From: Lama glama
Lineage: Eukaryota
Assembly: GCA_028534125.1 (NCBI GenBank)
Contig: CM052817.1
Location: 88,786,001 to 88,850,000 of the forward strand
Length of the DNA: 64,000 bases
Direction of reading: 5' to 3'
The notes beneath the pieces are model-generated. The model saw nothing but the letters and a program-made list of their open reading frames with translations, ran no database searches and was not told the origin of the DNA. Position 1 is the stretch's first letter; every line of letters starts with the position of its first letter. Shown here piece by piece: positions 1-13,146 of the stretch. Both the position numbers and the translations under genes were made by a program.

Positions 1-40
1 TCTACACTAGAATTTGATACAACATTGTAAAATGACTAGA
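1..40 (+). mobile_element. Extreme 3' end of a LINE-1 (continues from the previous window)
   Basis: cactagaatttgatacaacattgtaaaatgact closely matches the L1 3' terminus at ~43670-43705 of this window (cactggaatttgacacaacactgtaaaatgatt). Confidence 0.65.
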
Positions 41-97
41 AGTTTTTATTTTTAAGAGAGTAGGCATTACAGAAAGTATAGCAAGTGTGTGTATATG

Positions 98-308
98 CAG
101 TTGACCTTTAAACAACATGTGTCTTCACTGTGCAAGTCCACTTATAAGTTGATATGTTTCAATAAATACTACAGTACTACAAGATTAGACGGTTTAATTC
201 AAGAGTGCAGAATCCTGTATACAGAGGGCCAACTGTAATTTCACTCAGATTTTTCCACTGCATGGAGGGTCAGTCCCCCTAACCCCTGTGCTGTTCAAGC
301 ATCAACTG
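98..308. mobile_element. Non-autonomous TcMar-Tigger DNA transposon (MER8/Tigger2a-like)
   Basis: Terminal inverted repeats cagttgaccttTaaacaac ... gctgttcaagcatcaactg; internal gtccacttata and cccctaacccc motifs typical of MER8. Confidence 0.8.
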
Positions 309-625
309 TGCTTCTTTTTTTTTTTTTTAATGTATGTGAGAGGAAGACTTTCCATCTCCATTTCCCAGTTAGTTTGCGTTCCAAGGACAATAATAACTTT
401 CATGACACGTAAATCAGGTTGTCCTTCTTCAGTAATTGGAATATCCACAAAATTTTAATAACATTTAATGTGCTAATGTGTCGGTGACTATCCAAAATGA
501 GGAATATAGTGTAGATATTACAGCTTTAAAGAGTTCTTCCCTTTTTTGTGTGATGCAGCTCATGAAATTGATGTTACATTGAATATCACAACAAACAAAA
601 ATGCTGTTTAAAATATACAAAATGT

Positions 626-735
626 GGGGAGGGAGATAGCTCATTGGCAGAGTGCCTGCCTAGCATTCATGAGGTCCTGGGATCAATCCCCAATACTTCT
701 GCCTGGCTTCAAGAAAAAGCAATTAAGGAAAATAA
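626..735 (+). mobile_element. tRNA-derived SINE, Vic-1-like (camelid)
   Basis: ggggagggagatagctcattggcagagtgcctgcctagcattcatgaggtcctgggatcaatcccc: tRNA-like head with A box (tagctcattgg), degenerate B box (ggatcaatcc) and an A-rich tail. Confidence 0.8.
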
Positions 736-2109
736 AAGATTAACAAATGCATACAAGATTGTCATTTCCATTATTTCTGCTACCTATAAAAATAGTAGTA
801 TTTAAGGGTAATACACTAGCAAAATATCAAGTTAGTATTGTGACTCTATTGACTACAATTTTAAAGCAATCATCCATGGTATCTTCAGGACGTATCACCA
901 TCATTTCTCTGTTGCTTTATATCATTGATATTCATCATTAAATATTGATGGATTACTTGTAGCTCTAATTGCCTTGTAAAAGAAATACCTACTTTAAGAA
1001 AAACTTTGGATTTTCTATCTGATCAGATTTTAACCGATGATCATTTTAACTGTTAGAATAAATTCTGAAGATTTTTCTTCTTACATTTGGCCAAACCAGA
1101 AATGGGGCTGTGTGGAAAAAAATGACAGCCTTTTTCTTTACTCCCCACAATAAGAAAGTTAGCATAATAAATATGATGCTGACCTTGAGGGCTTTATTAC
1201 ATTTAAAAAAGTACCAGGAATAAATGTGTAAAGGGCAAGGTGGAAAAGAGAAACACCATTTATCATAAAATTTGTAACTTTTATTTTTATTTTTCTAATA
1301 ATCAAATTTTGAGTTTAAAAAACATCCGTCTAACTAAGATATTTAGAGACTCCATATTTAGATAGAATCTTGAGTGGCTTTTAAGATGAGATTTAAAATT
1401 CAGAAGCAGTTGCCAATGTGGAATAAATTAATGTTCTACAGTGCCTCCACACTTCTACATCATTTTTGATATTAGTCTTCCATACAAAGATATCTTTGCT
1501 GTTGAAAAGTCAGCTCAGATCTATAGGGAATGCTCTCAACCATAGTAGACAATTACAAAGATAGAAATCATTTTTAAGTTTGAATTTGAAACTTCAAAAC
1601 TATGAAAAATATTTTAAATAATATATATTTATGTGATTTATAATTCATTTTCTTCTTGGTATGGGTTTAATACTGTATTTAAAGTTCCCAAGTCTTTTCA
1701 TAAAATGTAACCTTAGATTTTTATTGCCAAGCTTTGATCAAAAACCCCTTTGAGAGAAATTTATGGCCAGTGTATGGAGGGCATCATGAACCATTCTTCT
1801 AATTTATTTATTATACGGGGACCAAGCTGGAATTGCATAAATCTGCAATTTAGATCACATTGTTTTACATGTCTTTCCCTCACACCTTGCCACAAAAGTA
1901 TGGCTTTTCTTGAGTTACGCTTGGAAATTATATCTTTGATTATAGTTATAAACGCTAAACTAAACAATTTTACAAACTTGACTATTCTACCATTTAGGTA
2001 AATTGTTGCAGATATTGAAAGGCATTGTAGTCTCCCTTATGAGAACTTTTTGATAAATTCAGTTAAAAGTGACAGAAAAAAAAAACTATGTTTTTGTGTC
2101 AATTATTGT

Positions 2110-3150
2110 TTCATTTATTAGCTAAAATTTTATTGACTTCCCAATATGTGTTGTGTCCAGTGGTCCCATCAGAGTAGATAAAAACAGCTCCTTAGCTTAC
2201 AGAGCTTAATTCCAGTGAGAAGATAAAAAAATCAATAAATGTACAATGATGGATAACATTAAGTGTCATACAGAAAAATTAAGTAGGGTGAGGAGAGAGA
2301 CTAGAGAAAGACTGGGGTCACTTTTTTGAAAATCTATTTACTTTTTTCACTCAGTCCACAGATGTTTATTTAGCATCTGTAGGTGCCAGAGATGGTTCTA
2401 GGCACTGGGGATACAGCACCGAACCAAAGCAGACAAAAAATCCTGTTTCTTTCTCAAAGAGTTTTCATTCTAGGGAGAGACAGACAGAAACAGAAACAGT
2501 AAGTGAAATAGTATATTAGAAGGAGGCAAATGCCATGGAGAAAAATAAATAAAGGAAGTTGGAGAGGGAGTGAGGTAGTAGTCAGAGAAGCCGTCACTGA
2601 GAAAGTGACATCTGTACAAAACTCAAATGTGGTTGCTTTTTAAAAATGCAGGTTCGTAAGAAAAGACTTCTGAACTGCTCAGACATGAAACAAGAAAGCA
2701 AGACGTTTACATATCAGAATTAAGTGTGTTGCATGCTTGCAGATAGCAAGTGTCAGGTCCTTGATTCAAGGGCTTTTATGAGTGCTTCAGAATGGTGGAA
2801 ATGTTCAATGTAACTGGAGTGAAGAAGAGATCAGACAACTGTTAAATGAGTCATAGTTACCTTCAAAAGCCAAATAGCGTATGGACACACAAGATAAAGA
2901 GGTTCAGATTTTATTCTAAGGGTTTAGTGTAGCCAGTGGAAGTTTGTTGGAAAGAAATGACATAATATATGCTCATTCTTAAAGAATCAAACTCTTCTGT
3001 AGAGAATCTATTATATGTATGCATAGGAGTTCTGAAAAGTGGTTGGAGACCACCGATTAGGGAGCTACTTTAATAGTCTATGTACAAGATGCTGGGACTT
3101 GTGCTAGTGTAAGACAGAGAAAGAACAAAATTGATTAGAGAGATGTTTTG
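2110..3150 (-). mobile_element. LINE-2 fragments (two L2 3' ends, one nested at ~2345-2620)
   Basis: Typical antisense L2 3' motifs: atgtttatttagcatctgtaggtgccagagatggttctaggcactggggatacagc, cactgagaaagtgacat, cagattttattctaag. Confidence 0.7.
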
Positions 3151-4149
3151 AAGGTCCCTCTCTGGAACTGACTTAATTTTCTTTTTACTTAACATTAATT
3201 CTATAAATTATGATGATTCATATTTTGTTTTTAAAAGCTTACAGGAAGAGAATAAAACATTTCTGCTCACATTTCACATTTTACATCTGAGTGGGGCTCA
3301 AAACTAAATTTACTTTTTGTCTGCATCTTCAATTTTATGTTTATATTTCTTTTTCATGTTTTATTGTATATATATTATATATACATTACATATTATACAT
3401 ATGTATATATGTACATATGTATGTAACATTAAAACCTCTATGGGGTTCAATGAGGCCTAAATCAATATAAAACATAGCAGTTATTTTTAACTTTGGTGTT
3501 TGAAAGAACTCTGATTAAATTTTGAGGAAAATTATGTCTTGGCAGACTTATATTCCAATGGCAATGTTAAAGAAAATATACTTAAATAGCATCTATTTGA
3601 GACAGATTATATGACATTGAGATGCTTTGTTTTTGTTACTATATTTCATACATGGTTTTATGGATGACTAAAACAGAATTGAAAATTAATTCTAATCTAC
3701 ATTAAAATAAATATTTATTTTTCAAATAAACGGCAACACTACTTGCAATTGAATTAACTGTTCTGATGCTTCAAATGATTTGTTCATTCAACAAAACAAA
3801 TATCTGAAATTCTGGCACTACTGTTAAAATGGCAAAGGCATACATTACTGTAATATGCTACCATTTTTTCAGGTTGCATTTTATATCTTTATAATTCTGG
3901 CATAAGAATCGTGGCAATGAATTATAATTTTAGGACTTTTTCATTTTTATAAAAGCATTAAATCATCATAAAGATCTGCTGATCTATAAAATATCATTAA
4001 CATTTGTTAAGATACAATTACACTAATTCATCACTTCCACAGGAATGGCCATGATTTGTTTATTTTATTTTATCCATTTTACCTTTCTTATTTTGGTACT
4101 ACTGCTATATAAAAGATTATCATGTTATTTTTTTACATCATTTAAAGGG

Positions 4150-4495
4150 AGCTGGTACAGGGGAAGGAGAGATGAAGAGATGGAGCACAGGGGATTTTCA
4201 GGGCAGTAAAACTACTCTGTAAGATACTATAATGGTGGAAACATGTCACTGTACATTTGCCAAACCTATGGAATGTACAAGATCAACAGTGAGCCTTCAT
4301 GTAAACTATGGACACTGGGTGATAATAATGTGTCAGTGCAAGTTCATCACTTGTCCTGAATGAAGCACTCTGGTGGGGGATGTGGATAATGGGAGAGCCT
4401 GCACATGTGTGGAGGTGGAGGGTACATGGAAATCTCAGTATCTTCAGTTGAAGTTGATGTGAACCTATAATTTCTCTAAAAAATAAAGTTGTTAA
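4150..4495 (+). mobile_element. LINE-1 3' UTR, L1MC1-like
   Basis: gagcacaggggattttcagggcagtaaaactactctg...gtaaactatggac...ctctggtgggggatgtggataatggg...ctctaaaaaataaagt matches the L1MC1 3' end. Confidence 0.85.
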
Positions 4496-6419
4496 AAACG
4501 AAAGAGTTCTTGCATGCAAATAAGAATGTAACCATAACTATGACTTCATATTTGTGTCAACAGACATCCAGCAATTGATAATGTAGTTTGTCTACAGAAG
4601 TAAGCTTTGGGAAACTAAATTGAATCATACATTTCTTTACAAACATTTAAAGTGGAGCAGGCTATAAGTCACTGAATTCTGCTGTTCTGAAGCTCGATGT
4701 CAAAGACATATAAAGTAACAGTGGAACATTCTAGCACATTTTTCTTCAACTAGTTTATCTGATAGCAGATTAAAAATGCTTATCTCCCCATATACATGTT
4801 GCTACACAATCATCAATATACTGTCAAGATATCATTAAATACATAATGCTATCTCATCTGCTTGCAAAAAAAGCTTAGCACTGCTAATGTTAATATAAAC
4901 TTTATGATACAGTGTCAAATAAAACAACAATCAGTGAAAGTTATTCCAAGCTTTTTAAGAATTGTGATATCTTCATATTTATATTTTTCCATATAGATTG
5001 CTGGGAATTGCTGATAAACATACACATGTTATGAAACATTAGGAAAACATTTTTCATGGGCTTTTAAAGCATATCACTTTTTCATCAGTTTCTAACTGTA
5101 ACACATAATGATTAAAAGTTTCTGATGTTTTGCAAAGATCTATTTCATCTAACCACAATCTTTTCTATCTTTGTCCATATTTTATTTGCTATCTCTACTA
5201 GATTAGGAAAATCTATCAAAATATTTTCTTTGAGACTTTCATAGAATTAGTCCTAATAATGAGTTGATTTGTTTTTTTTTGCCTCAATATTAACTTTATA
5301 GCAATTAAAATGACAAGTACCAGTCTTTCAGCACCTACATGCAAATATGTAAATTATTAAATTATTCTCAATTTGCCTCATTGATCCTTCATTCTAGATC
5401 ATGGGCTGCTGACTGATGTCATCATCATTTCTTGCTGATCAGCCTCCCCTGCTTTCTCACCTCCATCCTTTTCTTCAATGTCCCATAGGAACTGATTATA
5501 ATCTCTCTGGCCGTCTCTTTCTACTGTCTCCTTTCACAAATTCTACACTCATTCCCTGAACTACATTTTGTGGATATGAACTGCTTTTCTACAATTCATA
5601 CCTTGACTCAAGTCTTCTTCCTACAACTAATGTACATTTTATTCCTGGAAAACATTTTACCATTTGTCAAACTTGAGTTAAATTGACCCTATGAAGTTTA
5701 CCTGAGACTCTGTGGTTAAATTAATTTCTCTTTTCTTTGTAGTCCAAGATTATTCTCTTCCCATCCATTCTTTATTTTCAATAAATGATTTTCTTTCTAA
5801 ATTGTGAACTACTTAAGAGTAGGGGATATATGTGACTCATATTTAAATGCTTCATAGTCTAGGGAAATCTCTTACAATTAATACTTGTTGCAAAGAATAA
5901 AAATGCATTTTACATTATTAATAGTGTTATTATTATAGTATTGCTTTACATTAAGAGTCTTCTTAAGTTCACATTTTGAAGATTTAAAAAATTATCATTT
6001 TTTGTTAAATGTTTAAATATTTTTCTGTTAGACAATTAAAATATTAGCTCTTTTTGTCAAATATGAGAAATATAATAATCCAAGGAAAGGAACATTTATT
6101 GTTGTAATTTGGCATATTTTACACATTAATTGACTTATCAAGGACAGTTCTGGGAAAGTTAAATATTAATGACACATGAAATAATTTTTCATTCTTAATT
6201 ATCCTAATAGTTTTTTAATTCAGGTTTAGGTAACTCTGTTCATTATATGTACATATACATGAGTCAAAGTCTCTTACGGACTAGACAATACGTTAGTAAT
6301 TTGAAATATTATATCTAAAAAGCCCAAAATCTTAGCTCTCAAAGAACTAAGAATCTAGTGGAGACACAAGTAACTCTTCAATTTCAATGGAAAATCATAA
6401 GTACTATGCAAATATAATT

Positions 6420-6610
6420 CAACATTTATGGAGTACTTACTATGTAATAGCATCTGTGTTAAGTGAATTGCATGCACCATTTAAAAAAAAAATCCCCATG
6501 ATGAGGTGTCTATTACAAACCCACACCTTACTGGTGGAAAAATGAGCCTTAGATCATTTTAAGACTTGCTGAGCCCATACATTTTACATCTAGGCTTTTT
6601 CACTCCAGAA
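6420..6610 (-). mobile_element. MIR SINE fragment
   Basis: aacatttatggagtacttactatg...cccacaccttactggtggaaaaatgagccttaga resembles an antisense MIR core. Confidence 0.6.
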
Positions 6611-7053
6611 CCTGCAGTCAAAGAGTATAGACTCAGGGAGCTATGGCCGCAGAGCAGAAGTATCCAGAGCAAACTGGGACTGGAGGGTAGGCTCTGGAGT
6701 GTTGAAAAAAAGGCAACACTGCGGAAGCAAAGAAAAAAATGGCACAGAAGAAAAATGAGGAGGGAATGTGCTCTATAATTGAAGGGAAAAGAGAATTATA
6801 AGAGGTCAGTGTTATAAAATGATGATGTGAAGTTAATTATGTAAAAGCAAGTAACTGGAAAACTCTGGAACAGTGGCTCTCAATAGCAAGATGAGTCAGA
6901 ATTTACTGAAAACAAAATGATTCACACAAAATTAGAAGAGAAGCACCAAGCACCCCAGCGTGACAATAACACATCTTGCCACAAAACATGTTTTTTATGA
7001 ATAACCTTCTCCCCTACTTCTCCTTTCCCCCTACCCCTGTATAATCCCTAAAG

Positions 7054-7282
7054 CACTGGTTTTCAGCTGGGGCTGTTTTGCTTCCTACAGGACCTTTGGC
7101 AATGTCTAAAGACATTTTCAGTTGTAATTACTAGGCATGGAAATGGGGTGATGGGTGCTAGTGTCATCTAGACCCTAGAGGTCAGGGAGTCTGAAGAAAG
7201 TCCTAAAATTTCCAGAACAGCCCTTCACAACAAAAAATTACCTGGCCCAAAATGTAAGTACTGCAGGGGCTGAGAAACTCTG
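7054..7282 (+). mobile_element. MER20 hAT-Charlie DNA transposon
   Basis: cactggttttcagctgggg...tttggcaatgtctaaagacatttt...cccaaaatgt...ggctgagaaactctg; 8-bp TSD ccctaaag (7046-7053) / ccccaaag (7283-7290). Confidence 0.9.
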
Positions 7283-7679
7283 CCCCAAAGTAAGAAATTT
7301 GATGCTTAGAGAATCAAGGGTCTTCCACTAGGAAATTACTCATAGGGCAACAAAACCACTTAGCATTTCCCCTCATTTTGGAGTAGTAGAATTCAACATG
7401 GAACACCAGACTGCAGGCAAGCCCCAGGTGGAACTCTCTGTCATGGGAGTTATCACAGATGTAGAAATGGTTGTGACAATAGAGATGCTGGACAGGGCCC
7501 AGGGCGATACTTTGGTCCTGTTCCCAGACTCTATGTGTCTTTCATCATCACTCTAGTGCTTTCACATGCCCTGGAGGCAAAGTGCCCGTAATCAGATTTA
7601 GCATCCAGACATCATCATGCAGACAGGGATTCTGATTTAGACTGAGAAATCAGAATCTAGTTTCCAAATGTGGTCAAAT

Positions 7680-8160
7680 TGAACCCTTTTAAAAAGATGG
7701 TGAACAATTTTTTGAGGAAAATCAACAGTCTGAGGACACTGAAGTCAAAATTAATCACTGAGAATTAATCAATTTGTTATATCAGTTGAAATTATAAAGA
7801 TAATGAAGTTAAAGTTCTAAACTAAATATCATTGATATTCAGGTAAGGAGTGAAAAGTATTATACTTATCAAATTAATAAACAAAACAGGATGCTATAAA
7901 ATGTGGCAGTTTAATCATATGATGCTAATTTTTAAACTGTATTTAGTAAGTGAGTTGAATAATAGGACAGATATAGGATAAAAATTAAAGTTATTCACTG
8001 GAAAAGTGAAGTTAAAGTTTTCCCCAAAACACAGAACAAAAGAGAAAAAAAACAGAAAATATATGAGTGAAATGTTAAGTGACATTAATAGCGTACTCAG
8101 CAATTTCAATATCTTTCCAATAGGCATACTTAAGTCAGAGAAGAGAAACAGCAGAGGCTA
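7680..8160 (+). mobile_element. Highly decayed old L1/HAL1 ORF1-region fragment
   Basis: A-rich sense strand with ORF1-like remnant ttcaatatctttccaataggcatacttaagtcagagaagagaaacag. Confidence 0.4.
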
Positions 8161-8299
8161 TTTTTTTATTAAATGTTATTACATAGTTTAATGATCTAGA
8201 TCACTGTCCATTTTATTTAAATTCCTTCAGTTCTATATTTGGTATTTTGTCATAATTATTATTATTTTGCATCCTGTCCTCAATAGTCTGGGGACATAG

Positions 8300-8580
8300 T
8301 CTGTGCAGAGATTGCCCCTTATTCCCAAATATGAATCCATTCTCTCTTCTCATATTTAGCATTAAAATCCTCAGGTTTATCTGGTCACATATTTATAAAG
8401 GGTAAAGACTGTATTTCCTAGTATTCCTTGCTATATAGCACTATCTCCTGAACAACAGAAACTAACAATCAGACTTAGGCAGATTTTTACTTAAAAAGAA
8501 TAAGAGTGGTTTTCACATCTGCTTTTTCCTTTTTTCTATGATCTGGAACATGAGTATGGTGGTGAAAAGTTCTGAAGCAT
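8300..8580 (+). mobile_element. Old MaLR LTR fragment (MLT1I/J-like)
   Basis: ccattctctcttctc...aaagactgtatttcctagtattccttgc motifs typical of old MLT1 LTRs. Confidence 0.5.
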
Positions 8581-8639
8581 GGCAAGGATTCAAAGTATAT
8601 ATATAGTGTTTTGTAATTACCCTTTATCCAATCTATCAA

Positions 8640-8646
8640 CTGTCTA

Positions 8647-8693
<47 letters not shown>
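8640..8693. repeat. Compound tetranucleotide microsatellite (TCTG)n(TCTA)n
   Basis: Directly visible tctgtctgtctg...tctatctatcta run. Confidence 0.95.
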
Positions 8694-8694
<1 letters not shown>

Positions 8695-10699
8695 GAGGAA
8701 GCAGTCTACCTATGCATCTATCTACCTAGATAGACAGATGATAGCTCATGATGACATATAATACAAAATATTTGTAACTAACCAAATTTAATACAATTGA
8801 TGAGGATAAAAAGGAAAAGACCCATTTTCAGTAGCTACATTTGAAAATATGTCTGCAAAGACATATAAGAGAAACATATTAGAGAAAAAGTTTGGCACAA
8901 AGTTATAACTCAAAAATATGAAATCCAATGATTAAATATTTCATTCACAGATTTCTCTAAACTAGCATATTAAATACAGGTTTGGGGAAAAACATTTCTG
9001 CTCACAATATACATGAAATCGAATAATACACTACTTAATGTGATTCTGACTTCAAAATTTTAATCCTGAATCTCTAGTTTATGATGCCCTGTTAATTCCA
9101 AGATAATGAGGCCAATCTCATCATTTCAGATGGAGACAAAGAATCATATGGCATGACATTAGATGTGACCCGCAGAGCTATCCAACTCAGCACTCTCATC
9201 ACCACCAAAGTGACCTTAAATGCTCTATTTTCCATTCCCATAGTATCTGTATCACTTTTTTTTCTGGATGAATCTATAGACATTATCATCTAGACATATA
9301 GTGCTGTTTAGCACTCTGCAGCTTTTCACGTGATCCCTTGAGAAATTACACACATTTCTGAAAGGGAATGCAAGTTATGTGGGTCACAATGATTTATTTC
9401 AGGACTCTATAATAGAGTAAGCTCATCTATGCTTACTCCTTGTAGACAAGAGCAATGTCTTTGAAGAAATAAGTCGCACAATGGTGTTCAAATGCATTAG
9501 AAAGTACACCAGATTTTAAAGTTGCCTTCCAAATTCCAGCATGGAATTGCTTTGTAGGTGAAGCCAAATCATAATTATGGTAATTTGTTATCTCAGTAAC
9601 CTATTCTCTTAAATTTGATCTAAAAAGGGTCAAATTCATCTTTTTTGTTTTATCGTGAATACTATTATAATCAGCTTGTGGTGTACGTAATTTTCAACAT
9701 AGCGTACTTGAAAGGGCACTTGATTTTAATCTACTATTTTCTCTAATACATTTAGTATTTGGTTTGAAGTAAATGTGTACTTAACTTTATAATATAAAGA
9801 GCTGTACAATTAAGTCTAGATAATGTAAACAAATAATATTAGAATATTAGAATTAGAATATCTATAGGTAATCATAAATATCTATTTAATTACATACATA
9901 TATAAATACAGACCAATGATTTTGGTCTACTCAAAATAATTTTAAAATGTCTAATACATTTCAGTAATAAACATATATACTTTAACAGAACTAATAACTT
10001 ATACAAACTGATTTATTTTATTCTAATTGGTGCTACCAGGGAAGGCACAGGGGATTCTAAAAGTATTTATGAAGGAAAGTGATAAGATCATGAATGATTA
10101 TTTACAACATTTTAAGGAATTCAAATTTTCTGTGGAGAGGACCAGATAAAGATTTTAAATAGAGCAGTACTTTAGGGTTTAGAAGAATAATTCTCTCTGT
10201 TGTTCAGAAGAATGAATGGATGACAGGAAGACCAATTAGACACTTGTTCAATAATTAGCTACCCGAGAATTGTTGTTGATCTGCATTAAGTTACTGGCAT
10301 TGTGTATGTAGTTAGTATTCACTCATGTTCAATAGTCAGAATGATTAGAGAAATGTTGAGAGTCAAATCAATGCTCAGTCATGAAAATCATTCTTATCTT
10401 CAAGGATACTGTTATTGGGCTAATCCCTTTTAACAAGGAAAAACTTATGTGTCTTTCTGCTTAGAAACAATGAAGTGCTTTGGAATTTTACATTGTCATT
10501 TCTCATAACTCAACCTAGATTATAAAATTTAACACTGAGCTATAAAAAATACAAAATTCACATATAGTTTCCAGTTACCTCTTTTCTGTGAAAAGTTTAA
10601 ACCCAGATTGCAATGATTTTCTCCCCAGATTTTATACCAAAAATATGACAGCAATATTGACCAACACAATTTCTGGATAATTGCTGTGGCACTCATTTA

Positions 10700-11335
10700 A
10701 TATCCCTGCTTCTGTCTTTTGCCTACATTGTGTTTTCAACAGCACCCAAAGCGATTCCTTAAAAACGACATCAGATCACATTACCTTTTGATTAAAATCT
10801 TCCAATGGCTTCCTATTTCACTCAGAATTAAAGCTAAAGTCCTTACTATGGCACACAAATTCCTGAACAATCCAGGCTCTGTTACTCTCTTTTTCTCTCT
10901 TCAACAGTTTGTTGTAACCAAATGAGCCTCCAAACTCTTCCTCAAATACATTAGACATGCTTCAGCTTCAGAGTCTTAGGCTTCCTGTTCTCTGACTGGG
11001 AGCCCCTCCCTGAGAAGTGCTGACTGTTCATTTCCTCTTTACCTGCAAGTCTTCTCCCAATTATTACTCTCTTGGAGAGGACTTGCCTGACACCACATTT
11101 AACAGAACAAGCCTCCTCATCCGACCATGATACTATTTTCTGTTTCTCGTCCTACTTTATTATCTTTTTTTCTCATATACTTATCCAACTTGACATTATA
11201 CACACTGAATTTCTTTATTTACTGTCTGCTGTCTTCTGCAACCTTTGAAGCAGTGACAGAAGGGTTATATTTTTGGCCATAGTTTTTTATTCATGGACTA
11301 GAACAGTACTTGGCATACAAGAGACGTACATTATA
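10700..11335 (+). mobile_element. LINE-2 3' region
   Basis: aaaatcttccaatggcttcctatttcactcagaattaaagctaaagtccttactatggc...ctagaacagtacttggcataca are L2 hallmarks. Confidence 0.8.
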
Positions 11336-12005
11336 AGTGGGGAATGTAGGTAGAGATGGAGAGACTTGTTGATAGCAAGTTGAGAGTTTTCCCCTCAACT
11401 AATGGATTCTTGCTTTTCTTTTTCTGAGAAGTAGAAGACAAGGTCACCTACAGATGGTGAAGGTTGGGAGAGAGGAATCTATTTTCATTTAAGGCTTAAA
11501 TCAGAAGTGACCTCTTATGTCAAAATGCAAGTAAAACTCCTAGTTGCTCCGGAAGAACAAAGAACAATAGGGCAGAAAACACAAGTAAAATAATTGTTTC
11601 TTTTGTAGAAAGAACACTTGGAAGCCAAAGAAATAAGACAAAGCCTTTACCAGAATTTCCTAAAGTCCAGGCAGCCAGCTCTTTGTAGAGAATAGCACAG
11701 AGCAATATTTGTTGTAAAAATGCTATACTTAAGAAACATAAGTGGTCATTAGACATTTGAAGATTTAAAGATTGTAAACTCAGAAATAAAAAGTCAAAGC
11801 AAACAGGCAACATTGTAAAGTGAGAATGAGAATGTCAAGAACAATGTAAGATCCCAGAAGACTTGTAGCACATGCCGAGGCATCTCTAGAATGAGGAAGT
11901 AAGTATGGGTGGACAAGGGCAAACACCCTGCTCTCGGAAGTCTAAAACATACCTCATATTCTATGAAAATTTGTTTTGTTTAGCTCATAATGTGTCTTAG
12001 GGAAT

Positions 12006-13146
12006 CGTGGTAGGTGGAATTCTGAAACAGCATCCCCACTTCGAAAATTTCCCACTTAAATCTCCAAGACTGAACTATGATAGATATCACAGCCATGACT
12101 ATATGTTACCTTAAATGGCAAAAGAGATTTTTCTGATGTGAGGGATATTTCAGATGTAACTAAGGTTTCTAATCTGTTAACTTTTAGCTAATCAATAGGG
12201 AGATTATCTAGGTGGGTACAATCTAATCACATTGTTAAAGCAGGTAGTTAGCTAGATATGAGCAGAGAAAGGGGGACACGGGCCAAATGGCAGAAAAGGT
12301 TTGTTAAAATCATCACAATTTGTGTATTTGGACAGAGGTTCATTATGGCCTCTGTCTGAATGCAGCTTTTTGTTCATCATGACCTCATCTGATTTCCCAA
12401 TCAAGACTAAATAAGGACAAGAAATCCCTCCCCTCACCCCTAGGAAGGTGGAGCTGGGGTGAAGATCAGGAAAGATTACCCCAAACCCATTCCTGCCAAT
12501 GAATATTCTGTCCATTCATTTTTACACCCATATAACCAGCTTGCCAAAGAAACTCGGGGAAGTTACCCACCTGGGTCTGCCTGCTCTTTCCTTGAGAGCG
12601 TACTATCTATTCCTTAATAAATCCTTGCTTTACTTTCTTGACCTCCATGTCTTGTTTCTGAATTCTTTCTGCGACAAGACCAGAACCTTCTTGCCAACAA
12701 CAACGTGAACCCTTTAAAAGGAATTTTAAACATTCTAATTTTCTCTGGCTGGCAGCAGCGTAAGTCACAGAGATTCCAAGTATGAGAAGGATTTGACCTG
12801 CTGTTGCTCACTTGGAGATGCGAGGGCCCTATCATGAGGAATGCAGATAGACACTACATGCCCAGTACAACCCCGAGCTGACAGCCAGCAAGGAAACAGG
12901 AACCACACACTATAACCACAAGGAAATGAATTCAGTCAAACACTTATATACATTTTGAAGTAGATTCTTCCCCAGAACCTCCCAGAGACCAGTCTGATCA
13001 GCACCTTGATTTCAGCTTTATAAGACCATATGCAGGGAAGTTTTGATGAGCTAACTTATTCCTGACCTGTAGAACTAATGAATGAGTGTTGTTTAAGGTG
13101 CTAGGTTGTGTGGTAACTTCTTATACAGTAATAGAAAATGAATGCA
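12006..13146 (+). mobile_element. MaLR LTR (MLT1E-like) interrupted by a nested ERV LTR
   Basis: gtggtaggtggaattct...gggagattatctaggtgggtacaatctaatcac//gtgaaccctttaaaag...gctgacagccagcaaggaaacagg...gtggtaacttcttatacagtaatagaaaatgaatgca. Confidence 0.85.
12233..12702 (+). mobile_element. Solo ERV LTR (probably ERV1 class), 470 bp
   Basis: Starts TGTT and ends AACA; TATA-like catataa near 12530 and AATAAA near 12616; 4-bp TSD acat (12229-12232) / acgt (12703-12706); splits the MLT1 sequence cleanly. Confidence 0.85.

Noticed and set aside
626..700. Functional tRNA gene
   Set aside because: The B box and stems are degenerate and an A-rich tail follows; it fits a tRNA-derived SINE.
5326..5340. 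REST/NRSE-like ttcagcacc
   Set aside because: Left half-site only; the GGACAG half is absent.
9092..9289. 65-aa minus-strand ORF (MIMSIDSS...)
   Set aside because: No recognisable homology or gene context; the length is expected by chance.
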